A stretch of DNA of 64,000 nt from Octopus vulgaris. Taxonomy: Eukaryota. The notes under the pieces were generated by a model. That model was not told where the DNA came from and made no database searches. It saw only the letters and a program-made list of their open reading frames with translations. The stretch's first letter is position 1; each line of letters starts with the position of its first letter. A program made the translations under genes and the position numbers. Positions 40,235 to 52,716 of this stretch are shown piece by piece. The stretch spans positions 4,898,001 to 4,962,000 of the forward strand of contig OX597821.1 of the NCBI GenBank assembly GCA_951406725.2, in the 5' to 3' direction.

Positions 40235-42007
40235 CTATTTATCATGAAACTTATTATATAGGTAAAGTAACTTATGTCTGCATTTTATTTTGCGCTCTTC
40301 ACCAGTATTAAGTAAATTATCATACTTATAAAATAAAATTTCTTTAAACTCATTATAGCATAAATAACAACAATTAGCTCCTATAGTATATGATTTAGTT
40401 TTACAAATTATTTCCCAAATTAAACTATAATTAATATTTAGTGATTTAAGACTCCAAATGTACTTACTAAGTCCGGTTGAGTTGATTAAGTTTTTATTTT
40501 TAAAAGAATTCATATGTTGTGCGATTCTTAATTTTGAGGAAGTACTTGAGGAAGTAGAACCTATATAAACCGCTTTTGGGTAATTATTATTCTTAAAGTT
40601 ATTATCATGTAATGTAACTATACATTTATACACTACATCGTTAATATCACAATTATTATTTAATATACAATTAGATTTATCTCTACATGTACAATTAATA
40701 TAAGTCTTATCATTATTAATATTATTACCTAATAATTTCTTTTTATAAAAATTATTCAGTTTATATTTATTAAATGAAGAAATAATGTTACCTACATTAT
40801 TAGTGGTAGAATAACCTACTCCAAAATTATTAATAGAGAAAATGTTTCTATATTTACGATTATCTCTAATAAATAGTTCAATAACATCTAAAATCTCTTT
40901 AATAATATTCGTTTTTACTTGATCTCCATAAGGAACTATTAACCAAATTTTATTCTTATTAACCTTATTATTATTATCATTATTATAAATATATTTATAA
41001 TTCTTCATTTTATTAAAATTATTATCAGAATTATATCTATGTACAGCATTTAAGGAATTATTAATATTATTAATTTTATCAATATAATTATTATAATAAT
41101 TATTAAATTTATTTTTATTTTTATTATTCTTATTTGTATTATTATTATTATTATTTTTATTATTATTATTATTATTCTTATTTATATTTTTATCATTTTT
41201 ATTATTTTTATAATATCTATTATTTTTACCACTAAACCTAACAAAATTATAATTATTATTAGAAGTATCTCGAAAATTATCATTTAAATCTTTATCACTA
41301 ATATTATAAAATTTAATATTCCTATTATAACCTGCCCCTCTAAGGGCCTCATTATAATAATTAGCATGTTTATTAAAAATCTCTATATCATAAGAGAGTA
41401 ATGAAATACGTTTACTTATATTATTAATCAACGATTTTTTAATAGAAAATGGGTGATTACTATTAACATTTATATATCTAAGGTTCTCATTAAGTTTATG
41501 ATATGGTTGTGTTTTACCAGTAATAAGATTAAAATTAACATCTAAATAATTAACATTATAATTCTCCTTATATATAGTAATACTTAAACCATATCTTTTA
41601 AAGAAACTATATAGTTTTTTCTTATATACTTCTAGATTCCTATTAGTACAATTCTTTGTAACTAGTAGAAGATCGTCTCTATATAAGCCACCCTCTATCT
41701 TAAGATTTTCTAATTGGAGTTCAGATAAAAGAAAAATACCTACTAAATCAGTAGCCTGTGCAGAATCTGGTGCTCCCATAGGTATATCAAAACAATCTCT
41801 AGTATCATTCCTAGCCCATAATTTATTTTTATATTTAATTAGCGATTTCCTAGCCATTTTAATTACATTAACTTCTTCCCGTGACATACCCACTTTATTC
41901 ATTGCGAAAATAAGCGCTTTATTAAACACAATTTCATTAATAGAAGAATAATAATTATCTATATCTATTTGAATAAATTTAAAACGATTTTTATCTTTAA
42001 TATTATT
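40235..42007 (-). CDS. PLE polyprotein, N-terminally truncated: RT core, thumb, Asn-rich linker, Cys motif and GIY-YIG endonuclease
   Basis: The frame is open from 42007 to the stop at 40235 and extends upstream of the called GTG as KFIQIDIDNYYSSI (RT motif with catalytic Asp). It also contains IPMGAPDS, GLYRDD, NYLDV, CTCRDKSNCILNNNC, VVYK...YIGST...RIAQH, CYLC...E and terminal CRH. Confidence 0.93.
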   Translation of the reverse strand, partial: NNIKDKNRFKFIQIDIDNYYSSINEIVFNKALIFAMNKVGMSREEVNVIKMARKSLIKYKNKLWARNDTRDCFDIPMGAPDSAQATDLVGIFLLSELQLENLKIEGGLYRDDLLLVTKNCTNRNLEVYKKKLYSFFKRYGLSITIYKENYNVNYLDVNFNLITGKTQPYHKLNENLRYINVNSNHPFSIKKSLINNISKRISLLSYDIEIFNKHANYYNEALRGAGYNRNIKFYNISDKDLNDNFRDTSNNNYNFVRFSGKNNRYYKNNKNDKNINKNNNNNNKNNNNNNTNKNNKNKNKFNNYYNNYIDKINNINNSLNAVHRYNSDNNFNKMKNYKYIYNNDNNNKVNKNKIWLIVPYGDQVKTNIIKEILDVIELFIRDNRKYRNIFSINNFGVGYSTTNNVGNIISSFNKYKLNNFYKKKLLGNNINNDKTYINCTCRDKSNCILNNNCDINDVVYKCIVTLHDNNFKNNNYPKAVYIGSTSSSTSSKLRIAQHMNSFKNKNLINSTGLSKYIWSLKSLNINYSLIWEIICKTKSYTIGANCCYLCYNEFKEILFYKYDNLLNTGEERKIKCRHKLLYLYNKFHDK

Positions 42008-42065
42008 TTATGTATTGATTAAGTCTTTCCTTGTTTGTTTTGCAAAATAGTGGTTTTGTCTCTAA

Positions 42066-42077
<12 letters not shown>

Positions 42078-42141
<64 letters not shown>

Positions 42142-42358
42142 TGTATATGTTTGTGTGTCTGTGTTTGTCCCCCAACATCGCTTGACAACCGATGCTGGTG
42201 TGTTTACGTCCCCGTAACATAGCGCTTCGGCAAAAGAGACGGATAGAATAAGTACTAGGCTTACAAAGAATAAATCATCTGGTCGATTTGCTCGACTAAA
42301 GGCGGTGCTCCAGCATGGCCACAGTCAAATGACTGAAACAAATAAAAGAGTAAAGAGT
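42078..42358 (+). mobile_element. Family B SINE, 3' half (interrupted by the PLE)
   Basis: Resumes with (TA)(TG)n-TTTGTCCCCCAACATCGCTTGACAACCGATGCTGG...GACTGAAACAAATAAAAGAG. Confidence 0.9.
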
Positions 42359-43217
42359 ATATATATACTATGATCTGGTAGCATGAGTTATACGGAGTGT
42401 ATAGCATACCCTCTATTATCTAGAAGTATATTTAGTATTGCTCGGTAATAAACCTTAACCTTTTTAACCCGCAAGTCTTGAATATTTATATTACATATAT
42501 TCCCCTTCGATATTAGGATTTTATTCACTTGTAGTTATAATATAGTAGTTCCCCCTAGAAACAGATATTATTCTACCTAAATCAGCGTCTCAGATATATT
42601 TTATAAATATTCCTGAAGGTGTATTTATCTTCATTTATTCTTTAATTAGTATTTGACATACATATCGTGACTTAACCTCGTTTTTTTTTAATTCGGTTAT
42701 ACAGTTTATATCATTCGCAATGATTGATATCTTTATTTGAAAAAGAAAACTTTTTTTTATATCTTATATTATTAAATCTTTATATATCTATATACCTGTC
42801 TATATATTTGTGTATCTTCTACAGATTGTTGGTTAATAAAGATATTATTTCCTAAACTCATTCTGCCACAAATATAACAAGCAGACAATGTCATTGTTTG
42901 GGTTTCTAGTATCAATACTATCATACGCCAACTCGTTGTCTTTGAGATAGGAATATCTTTTTTGTCGTTAGCATCACTATGAGTGTTAATCTGGTCCTTA
43001 CAACGGCATTTGTGGGTCTCACAGATCTGGAAGCCAAGCCCTCAGATAAACACCGATGCGCATGCCGTTGTTATCAAACTGAGGGTCAGTGGAGGGTGAA
43101 AACACGACCGAATACCAATTATTTCATCTTAGCTTTACTGTTTACGCTAAACACATGATATTTTTGCCTTACGATATGAAATATTTCCTTTTCTTTCACT
43201 CTTTTTAAAAAAATAGA

Positions 43218-43535
43218 ACTCCGTCGGTTATGATGACGAAGTTCCTCTTTATCTGATCAACGGAGCAGTCTGCTCGTAAAATAAACGCGCAAGTGGCTGA
43301 GTACTCCACAGACATCCATGCCATAAGGTAGTTCTCAAGGAGAATCAGCCTCACACAGAATGTGACAAGGCTAGTCCCTTTGAATTGCAGCTATAACTCA
43401 TTTTTGCCAGCTGAATGGACTGCAGCAAGGTGAAGTAAAATAACTTGCTCAAAAGTACAGTGCACCGCAGAAAATCGTACTAATGATTTTACGATAGTGG
43501 CCCGAATACTCCTAACCACTGAGCCACGTACCTTC
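43218..43535 (-). mobile_element. Degenerate tRNA-derived SINE of another family
   Basis: Minus strand starts GAAGGTACGTGGCTCAGTGGTTAGG (A box), then TTGAGCAAG...CAGTCCATTCAGCTGGCAAAAATGAGT. Confidence 0.65.
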
Positions 43536-43871
43536 AGTCTCTTAACTGTGGAGAAAAGGAGTGAAGCGATAGAAACAGTGAAAGGAAAGCCTCAGTCTAT
43601 TACAAAGACAATTGGATCGAAAAACGATCAATCCTTTCTAGATTCACTTTTAACAATGAAGAAGAGAAAAACACATTTATTAATGAATAAAGGATAAATC
43701 TTTCAGGTGTTTACGTCTTTATTCTGGGAGTTCTAGAACAATCGATTGGTATTTCACTCTTCTTACTCCGACTCCCACTACCGCTACTTATTCGCCTTTT
43801 TCTTAGTTCTTCATGTCTTTTAGTTGGTGGGGAAGGGCCATGTTTTTTGGATCAGGCATATTTAAACGTTT

Positions 43872-44672
43872 TCTCCCTTTTAAGTAGAAAGAATAGCCAA
43901 AACTCTTTGACTGCTATTTCTAAATGCGGTATGTGGTGAGGCAAATCGTTGCTAAACCCTTAATTACTTAGTATTACTTAAACCTTCCTTGAATGGGGCT
44001 TTTATATGCCGAACTCTACTTGGTGAAATTAATGATTATTCGAAATTAATTAATTTCACCCTTTATTATTATTGATAATTATATTTCATCCCAATAAAAA
44101 ACTGTAGCATCTTGTTTTGGCAGCACGCTGACGGAAGGGGTATGGTGACATACTTTCATTCACCCTTTGAATTTGGTGGTACTGGTAACGGCTTACGCTC
44201 GCTCTGATACCATGAGTTGAGGTGATGTCTTCTAGTGCCTTCAAATTTAATACACAATTATTAATAATTGAGACGCAATTATTTATAATTGAAGAGTCCT
44301 ACGCTGAAGAGGAAAATAGTTGGGTAAGACATAATTATTTAATTTTTATGCTTTCCTATGACTTAATTCCGAAACGTACGTCCGTAGGTGACTTAATATA
44401 GAATGATTGTCGTCATTTCTTTCTCTTTTGCCTGCGTTGTTTGCCTTTTAAGTGCTGTGGTTTTACTGGGATCTCCCTTTTAAGTAGAAAGAATAGCCAA
44501 AACTCTTTGACTGCTATTTCTAAATTCGGTGTGTGGTGAGTCAAATCGTTGACAAACCCTTAATTACTTAGTATTACTTAAACCTTCCTTGAACGGGGCT
44601 TTTACATGCCGAACTCTACTTGGTGAAATTAATGATTATTCGAAATTAATTAATTTCACCCTTTATTATTAT

Positions 44673-44677
<5 letters not shown>
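43872..44677 (+). mobile_element. PLE end with partial tandem pseudo-LTRs
   Basis: ~205-bp direct repeats at 43872-44077 and 44472-44677 with a hammerhead between them. Ends in (TA)n. Related to 58174-58553. Confidence 0.8.
44298..44388 (+). ncRNA. Type I hammerhead ribozyme with ~60-nt stem II domain
   Basis: CCTACG-CTGAAGA-GGAA...TTCC-GAAA-C-GTAC-GTC-CGTAGG. Perfect 6-bp stem I, GTC triplet, palindromic ACGTACGT. Confidence 0.85.
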
Positions 44678-44728
<51 letters not shown>

Positions 44729-46349
44729 CTGTGAGTGTGTACATATATGCATATATATTTATATATTATTTATAGTGTGTGTGTGTTGGTCATCATATAT
44801 ATATATATGTATATATAAACTTATGTTTATACATATGTATGTATGTGAATATCTGTCATATGCATCTCGCTTAGACGTCATCTGATTAATGACAAAACTA
44901 TGGCAACGGGCTCGCGTATTTCGTTCCCCTCCTTTTAGGTTCAATTTCTAAGTAGCTCTGTATCACTAACCTGTTTTATTCGCTGAAATCCCGGCTGATC
45001 ATGTTTAGTGCTGAAATACCGTCGTCATCAATTTTCTCTTCCATCCTATCGAGGTTCATAGATTAAAGTAACAATTATGTACTGTCGCCGGTACAATTGG
45101 TGTTTGTACAATTCAAACAATTTTTTACAAGCTTCCATTAAAGGCAACAATGTGCTGTTTTTACTATCCACCAGAGAGCTTGTTTAATATGTGACAGCTA
45201 TATTAATATCTGTCTTATACCATCGGCTGGGAATGAAGTTTGTGGTGTTTTCTCTGAGGATCCGTCAACTACAACTGAAACGGTCAGCCAATACACCGTC
45301 TTTGTTTTGCTTTCCATGAACGAATGTTTTTCAATCTTTATTCTATTTAAACCATAACGAGGTTTCATCTTATTTGAATACACTCACACATACTTACATT
45401 AAATTAAAATGCTCCATACAGGTTAACAGCTGCCTATTAGTATTCTTCAATCATTAACCGTAAAAATGCAGTTAGAGGTTACCGTGCGTAATTTTGGTTT
45501 AGTTTTTGTTTTCGCATAAACGATTACGAAAAGGAATGATATATTCTTTGTCTAAATGTACATTGTTGATCCAGAAATATTCCGACGGCATAGATATATA
45601 TGTAAGTCATTATTCACTTTTATTTCAAGATTTCTTGCCAATAGAGAAAGAGTTGCTTTCTAACCAACAACCAAGGTTCCTTCACTGGAATTTTAACATC
45701 AACAGCAGGGTATTTTTGTATGTATATATGTATGTACGTATGTATCCATATACGTATGCATGTATGTATACGTGCAGATTTGTATGTTTTATTTTATGTA
45801 TATCTTCTCACGCATATACTTGCATATCTAAACATACTCATATATACTTAAATAATATGTATGTTTGTATGTATGTATATATGTATGTCTGTATCTATGT
45901 ATTTATTTATATATATGTATGTATGTATATATTTTGCAATTTATTATATATTCATGTTCATGTATCCACACACACAATTTTGCAAATCGTCCTTGTGTTT
46001 AAGATTTTCTTTTGTTACTGACAAATTTCTTTCATTATCCCCCCCCCTTCAACGATATTGGTTTCCAGAATACACGTAATAACAACGCGCTGCATAACAT
46101 AGTCGCACGTATTCGCAGATTATGTCAGAGATAGGACGTTGTACGTGAAATGTCCAGCACAAAACAGACTAATAAAATGAAGTTATCTTAGCAAAAGTGA
46201 AAACAGATGGATATGAAATGTGCCTGACATTGGTGAAGAAGAGAGAATTGTTTGATCCGAGAGCAGCAGCGGTAGCATCTGCAGCAGCGGCTGCACTGAC
46301 AGCAGCAAGTAATTGTGTACGTGATGACACAAAAGAAAGAAAATGAGAG

Positions 46350-47770
46350 TAAGCAAAATCTAAAAATCATTATGATGATGATAATGATAATGATGATGAC
46401 GATGACGACGGCGATGATGATGATGATGATGGTAAATAAGACGGTAATAATGATCATAACCATCATCATCATCATCATCATCATAGTTAGCTGTGATGAG
46501 AACGATGTTGGTGGCCGGTGTGGTGGCCATGGTGCGGCGACTGACTGATGATAATATCATTATGGTGATAACGATAATGATGACGATCACGCTGATGATG
46601 CTGCTGATGTTACTAGTGCTGATGCTGATACTGTTGGTGTGGCGAGGAGGAGGAGGAGGAGGATAATGTTGGTTTTAGTAGTAGTGGTGTTGGTGCTACT
46701 GCTGCTTCCCCTTGCTGTTGGTGGTGGTGGCTGTGGCGGTGTTGGCAGCGGTGGTAATAATGATGATGATAACGGTGATGTTGATGAGGAATGATGCTGA
46801 AGAAGAATGAGGAAGAGTCTAACGGTTACTGGTGGCGGTGATGACGACGACGACGGTCGAGATCATGCTCCTCATGGCTACGATGACGGAATTGAAGATG
46901 AAGATGAGAATGTCGACGGTGAATATAAAGATGATCGTGACTACGCTGATGATGAGGAGGATGATGACGATTCTGAAGCCATGTCAATGATGGAGAAGAG
47001 ACCGGCGATGCCGGTGTTGAGGCGAATGCTATCTGCCTATGGTGTTGGCTATCACAGACATAATCTATACAATGAACAGCTTTAGAAGTGACATTGATAT
47101 GTTGGCCATTAAAATCGATATGGTTATCATCGGTAACATATTTATGGCCCATTGTCATCACCGTAATGAACTTCCCTTATCGTCATCACCATCACCATAA
47201 ACATCACTACTGCTACAACCAGGAACAGAAACAGAACCATCATCATAATCACCACTATTGTTGTTGTTATCACCAAGTTGCATCATAGTCGTTATCATCA
47301 TCATCATCATCATCATATTATTTCCTTCGCTTCTTCTCCGCTTCCTCCCATCCTTCACCTCCTCCTCATCATCATCTTAGTCATAGTCGTAGTTATCATC
47401 ATCATTTTACCATCATCATCATTTTACCATCATCATCATCATATTCTTTCCTTCGCTTCCTCCTCCTCATTATCATCATCATCTTAATCATCATCATATT
47501 TATCATCACCATCGTAATCTTTATCTTTATCCTCACTATCGTCGTCGTAGTCGTCGTCTCCATTTCCACCACCACTACTACCACAAGTAATAATCGTTAC
47601 CATTATCATGAGTACCAACTGAAGCACCACCCATATCACCATCACCACCACCACCACTCCCACCTGCATCATCATCATCATCATCACTATCACCATCTTT
47701 TAACACTATACACATCAACTTCATCATCATTATCAACAACAACAGAAACAACAACGAAAGCAACAAAATC
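46350..47770. repeat. Degenerate trinucleotide low-complexity region, (GAT/GGT)-rich then (CAT/CAC)-rich
   Basis: Seen directly. Polarity switches at about 47000-47150. Confidence 0.85.
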
Positions 47771-47981
47771 AATTACAACAGCCTTCTCTCTACCACAGTC
47801 CGCATCATCATCAACTTCAGCAGCACCAGCACCAGCAGCAATGGCGGCAGCTGTAAGATCGCCACCAACCTTGTAACAAGACATAGAAGAGGTTTTTGAG
47901 CAGAAAATACTAGAAAAGTTTAACATTACCAAAAGCAATCAAACAAGAGATCCATTACAGGCAATCACATCCGTATTATTA

Positions 47982-48036
<55 letters not shown>

Positions 48037-48091
48037 TATCATCATCATTATTATTATCATCATCATTATTATTATTATCATTATTATTATT

Positions 48092-48345
48092 GTCTTTGCA
48101 CAGCTTCTAACACTGGAGATGTACTACAGTGTCAGCTGTTCACTACCAGTGAACTAAGCTAACACCTCTTATTTTTCGAGCATCTTCCGGAGTATTCGAG
48201 CGGTTCTACTCAGTGCTGTTTTCTGCAAGTATTTCACCCTTATTGCAGCCCATATTTATTCATTGTACTTCTCGAGATTTTTGCTCACTGTTCCCAAGGT
48301 TCCGACAATTATTGGTACTACTGCTACCTTTTTCACCGACTGCAA
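48092..48345 (-). mobile_element. 3' end of an R4/Dong-type non-LTR retrotransposon within (TAA)n
   Basis: Minus strand from ~48330 to 48169 translates to KKVAVVPIIVGTLGTVSKNLEKYNE*IWAAIRVKYLQKTALSRTARILRKMLEK*, matching the VVPIIVGALG...LQKTALLGTARILRKVL C-terminus of R4/Dong proteins. Confidence 0.85.
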
Positions 48346-48367
48346 CTGCTATTATTATTATTATTAC

Positions 48368-48433
<66 letters not shown>

Positions 48434-48434
<1 letters not shown>

Positions 48435-48982
48435 GAGTGAGAGAGCGGGTCATGCCATCAAAGTGACACTGGGGTAAAATATACGAAGCCCAATATACCC
48501 ATCATGACTACCCGTCTGATAAGGGTACACCAGGCACATGCATCACAACCATATGTGCGCGACATAATGATCTCATATCAAGATAAACAGCACATGACCT
48601 TGCAGGTGGGGCCCAGTTAGAATTTTCTTCAGGTTGAGTAGCCCATCCCGCTCAAAAGGTCCCTGAATAAGGGTTGTTTAAGGATGTTGAAAGAACCACC
48701 CATGTTTCCAGAGGTGAATTATTCAAACCCCAAAGAATCCCTCTCAACACATGGCTATGATGCTCCCCCACTACTTCTGCTCGTGATCAGAGATGCACAT
48801 ATCGTCAGCCACTAAGGGACATGCTCAACTGGTTAAAGTCAAACAACTGACAAGCAAATCTGAGGTATTGAGCAGAATATTTGCTGTAGCCCATCTTTTA
48901 TACCAAGACAAATCAATGTACATGATAACACTTCCAATCAGTTAAGATCAGAAGCCATGAGAGCCACTGCCTGGTACTGCTA
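48434..48982. mobile_element. ~550-bp non-coding element embedded in (ATT)n, unclassified
   Basis: Sharp-edged, higher-GC segment flanked on both sides by pure (ATT)n. No ORF. Confidence 0.5.
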
Positions 48983-48993
48983 TCATTATTATT

Positions 48994-49490
<497 letters not shown>

Positions 49491-50001
49491 CAAACTAAAG
49501 AAGGTCCGACACTCCCAATTGCCCAGGCAAATCAAAATCAAGTTGTTCATTGTAACTCTCGAATCGATACGGCAGTGAAACAAGGACACTGACAAAGGAA
49601 TTAGCAAATGAGCTAAATGTGTGTTACATATGTATAAAATCAGGAGACATGAGAAAGCATCGGACGAGATGAATTCACGCATTTATCCCATTGCTGAGTT
49701 CAAATCCCACGCAGTCAAATTTGCATTTAGTCCTTCCTGATCGATAAATAAGTTATCGTTTTGGCAACTGAACTGGTAGAATCGATCGAAGGCTACATAT
49801 CATGCCTTGTGTTATTTGTTCTATCTCATTGCCTATTTGATTCATAATTTAATCCGTCATCTTGTGTAGAACGAGAAGCTAGATATTGAGAGGAATCGTT
49901 GCGAATAAGTATCCCTTTTGAGGGTATTTTATCTTACTATTTTTATTTTTATATCTTATATTATTAAATCTTTATATACCTATATATCCGCCTATATATT
50001 T

Positions 50002-50231
50002 GTTTCTTTACTACCCACAAGGGGCTAAACATAGAGGGGACAAACAAGGACAGATAAACGTATTAAGTCGATTAGATCAACCCCAGTGCGTAACTGGTAC
50101 TTAATTTATCGACCCCGAAAGGATGAAAGGCAAAGTCGACCTCGGCGGAATTAGAACTCAGAACGTAACGGCAGACGAAATACGGCTATGCATTTCGCCC
50201 GGCATGCTAATGTTTCTGCCAGCTGGCCGCC
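50002..50231 (-). mobile_element. Full-length family A SINE
   Basis: Reverse complement of 33092-33318. Flanked by CCGCCTATATATTT / CCGCCTATACATTT duplication, inside another repeat that also occurs at ~42750-42830. Confidence 0.88.
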
Positions 50232-51179
50232 TATACATTTATGTAGCTTCTACAGATTGTTGAAGAGTTTAACATTTCTTTTCATGAAACTCACTGTATA
50301 ATATAATACAATTTTATATTTATATTTGGAATTATACGTTTTATAAATTTTATAATTTCCTTTATATATGTGATATTTTTATACATTCCTATATCCTTTC
50401 ATAGCCTTTTCCTCGTGCTTATAATTTATAAATAATTTTAGGTGTTACCCTCCCGTTTGAGGGTATTTTCAAACTTCCTTCTGCTAGCCACAGACGCTAT
50501 GTAAACTTTCCTTCTCACTATGATATAAGAAAATACATAGACATATACACAGGTACATACATGCATACATACATATATACATCACCGGAACTGTAAACAT
50601 TTGTAAAATACTCCAGCTTAACATTTAAGTGTATATACGCAAGTTTAGACTTGCAAATATATGCATGAGAATACATACATACGAACTATTCAATTCTGCT
50701 AATGCAGTGACTCCAAATATTGCATATATACATGCAAAAGTACCCAGTTGATGTCGTTGAAATCCCAATGAACGAGTGTAGGTTCTAAGTTAGAAACCAG
50801 CTCTTTCTCTATTGGCGAATCTGGAAATATAACTCAATAATGATACATACACACATACAAACAAACATACATATATACATAAACAGACATTTGCATCCTT
50901 AAATACACACACATATGCATATAAACAATTTGAAGTTGGTAGAAGAGACCAGATCGAGGGGAATCTATACACATTACCAGGAAACATTACGTAGGACAGA
51001 AGAATACTTGCCATGGTGAGCTTGGTGGGCAGAATAATTCGGTTGCCTTCGAAATCATCCAGTATCAGTAGGATAGCATCACCACTATCCTGTTAATAAT
51101 GTATGCCGGCTATACTATTTTGCCCAAGCTCTCAAAATTGGTAGCCTTTTATCAAAATATAAAGGGCCATTATCACTAC

Positions 51180-51258
<79 letters not shown>

Positions 51259-51288
51259 GTTATTATTATTATTATTATTGTTATTAAA

Positions 51289-51503
51289 CCGGTGAGCTGT
51301 CAGAATCCTTAGCACGCTGGACTAAATGCTTTGTGGTATTTCACCCATCGGTACGTTCTGAGTTCAAATTCCACCGAGATTCTAATTTGCCCTTCATCCT
51401 TTCGTGTTCAATATAATAAATACCAGTTAAACGCTGGGGTCGATGCAATCGACTCATCACCTCACCCAAAATTGATTGTTGCCTTGTGGCAAAATTTAAA
51501 AAA
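51289..51503 (+). mobile_element. Family A SINE between (ATT)n and (AGT)n
   Basis: Head, B box and Nin-like core are recognisable. Confidence 0.75.
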
Positions 51504-51571
<68 letters not shown>

Positions 51572-51940
51572 TCAGTGGTGGTGGTGGTGGTAGTGGTGGT
51601 GGTGGTGGTGGTGCTGGTGATGTTGGGAGCAGCAACATGGTGTCATCATCAACATCATTCGATTTGCATGTGGTATCACTAATATTATTTTCTTTTTTGT
51701 CTGATCTGCCATTTTTACAACCAATCCTTACATTTAATGAAACCGTTGAATAAACAGGAGTGACTGTTCGCTACGAAATCACTGATAGGATATCAACAGC
51801 TCCGTTCTTCGTGAATAAGAACATGAACAGTAAACAGCCTGTCAAACTATGATGGAGAATCACAAACAAGTTTCATACATGTACAGCACACATATGTAGA
51901 TACACAGACAGACGGAAGGACGCACAGATAGATACGCATT

Positions 51941-51949
51941 TAGACAGAC

Positions 51950-52024
<75 letters not shown>

Positions 52025-52026
52025 GG

Positions 52027-52092
<66 letters not shown>

Positions 52093-52125
52093 CAGATAGA
52101 TAGATAGATAGATAGACAGATAGAT

Positions 52126-52194
<69 letters not shown>
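51941..52194. repeat. (GATA)n followed by (TA)n
   Basis: Seen directly. Confidence 0.98.
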
Positions 52195-52196
<2 letters not shown>

Positions 52197-52513
52197 ACAA
52201 ATATGTCTGCATTGTTTAGTTTAGAAAGACGGGGTAATGCCTCATTGTAGTGAACAAATAAACAGTTATGATATTGGTTAATTTTGAATGGACTGCTTTA
52301 CCCAGAAAACTATGTCCTCACGTATGCACACAGCCCGACAGACAGACACACATACGCACACCCATACGCACACAAACACATATGCAATGGATGTGTCATT
52401 TATGGTGTATATATATGTGTGTGTTTGTATCTATACGTATATAGATATATATATACACACACATATATATATATATATAAACCTATATTTATATAATTTT
52501 ATATATACATAAA

Positions 52514-52554
<41 letters not shown>

Positions 52555-52555
52555 T

Positions 52556-52594
<39 letters not shown>

Positions 52595-52601
52595 GATATA
52601 G

Positions 52602-52632
<31 letters not shown>

Positions 52633-52674
52633 CATATATATACATATATATATATATATGTACATACACGTATG

Positions 52675-52716
<42 letters not shown>

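Larger units (their letters stand above)
34723..42077 (-). mobile_element. 5'-truncated Penelope-like retroelement (Naiad-type), ~7.35 kb
   Basis: RT + GIY-YIG ORF, 73-bp perfect inverted termini (34802-34874 / 42005-42077), ~80-bp 3' tail, hammerhead motif. Boundaries are defined by the two halves of the split SINE. Confidence 0.92.

Noticed and set aside
34802-42077. DNA transposon defined by the 73-bp terminal inverted repeats
   Set aside because: The encoded protein is RT + GIY-YIG, one repeat truncates the ORF, and an asymmetric tail lies outside the other, all consistent with a PLE inverted pseudo-LTR.
46807-47161. Acidic ORF (+) and His/Arg-rich ORF (-) as host exons
   Set aside because: They are embedded in degenerate GAT/CAT repeats with no recognisable domain or convincing splice signals.
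48930-48956. Loose resemblance to U2 snRNA (ATCAGTTAAGATCAGA)
   Set aside because: Too short, with no U2 5' end, branch-point recognition sequence or Sm site.
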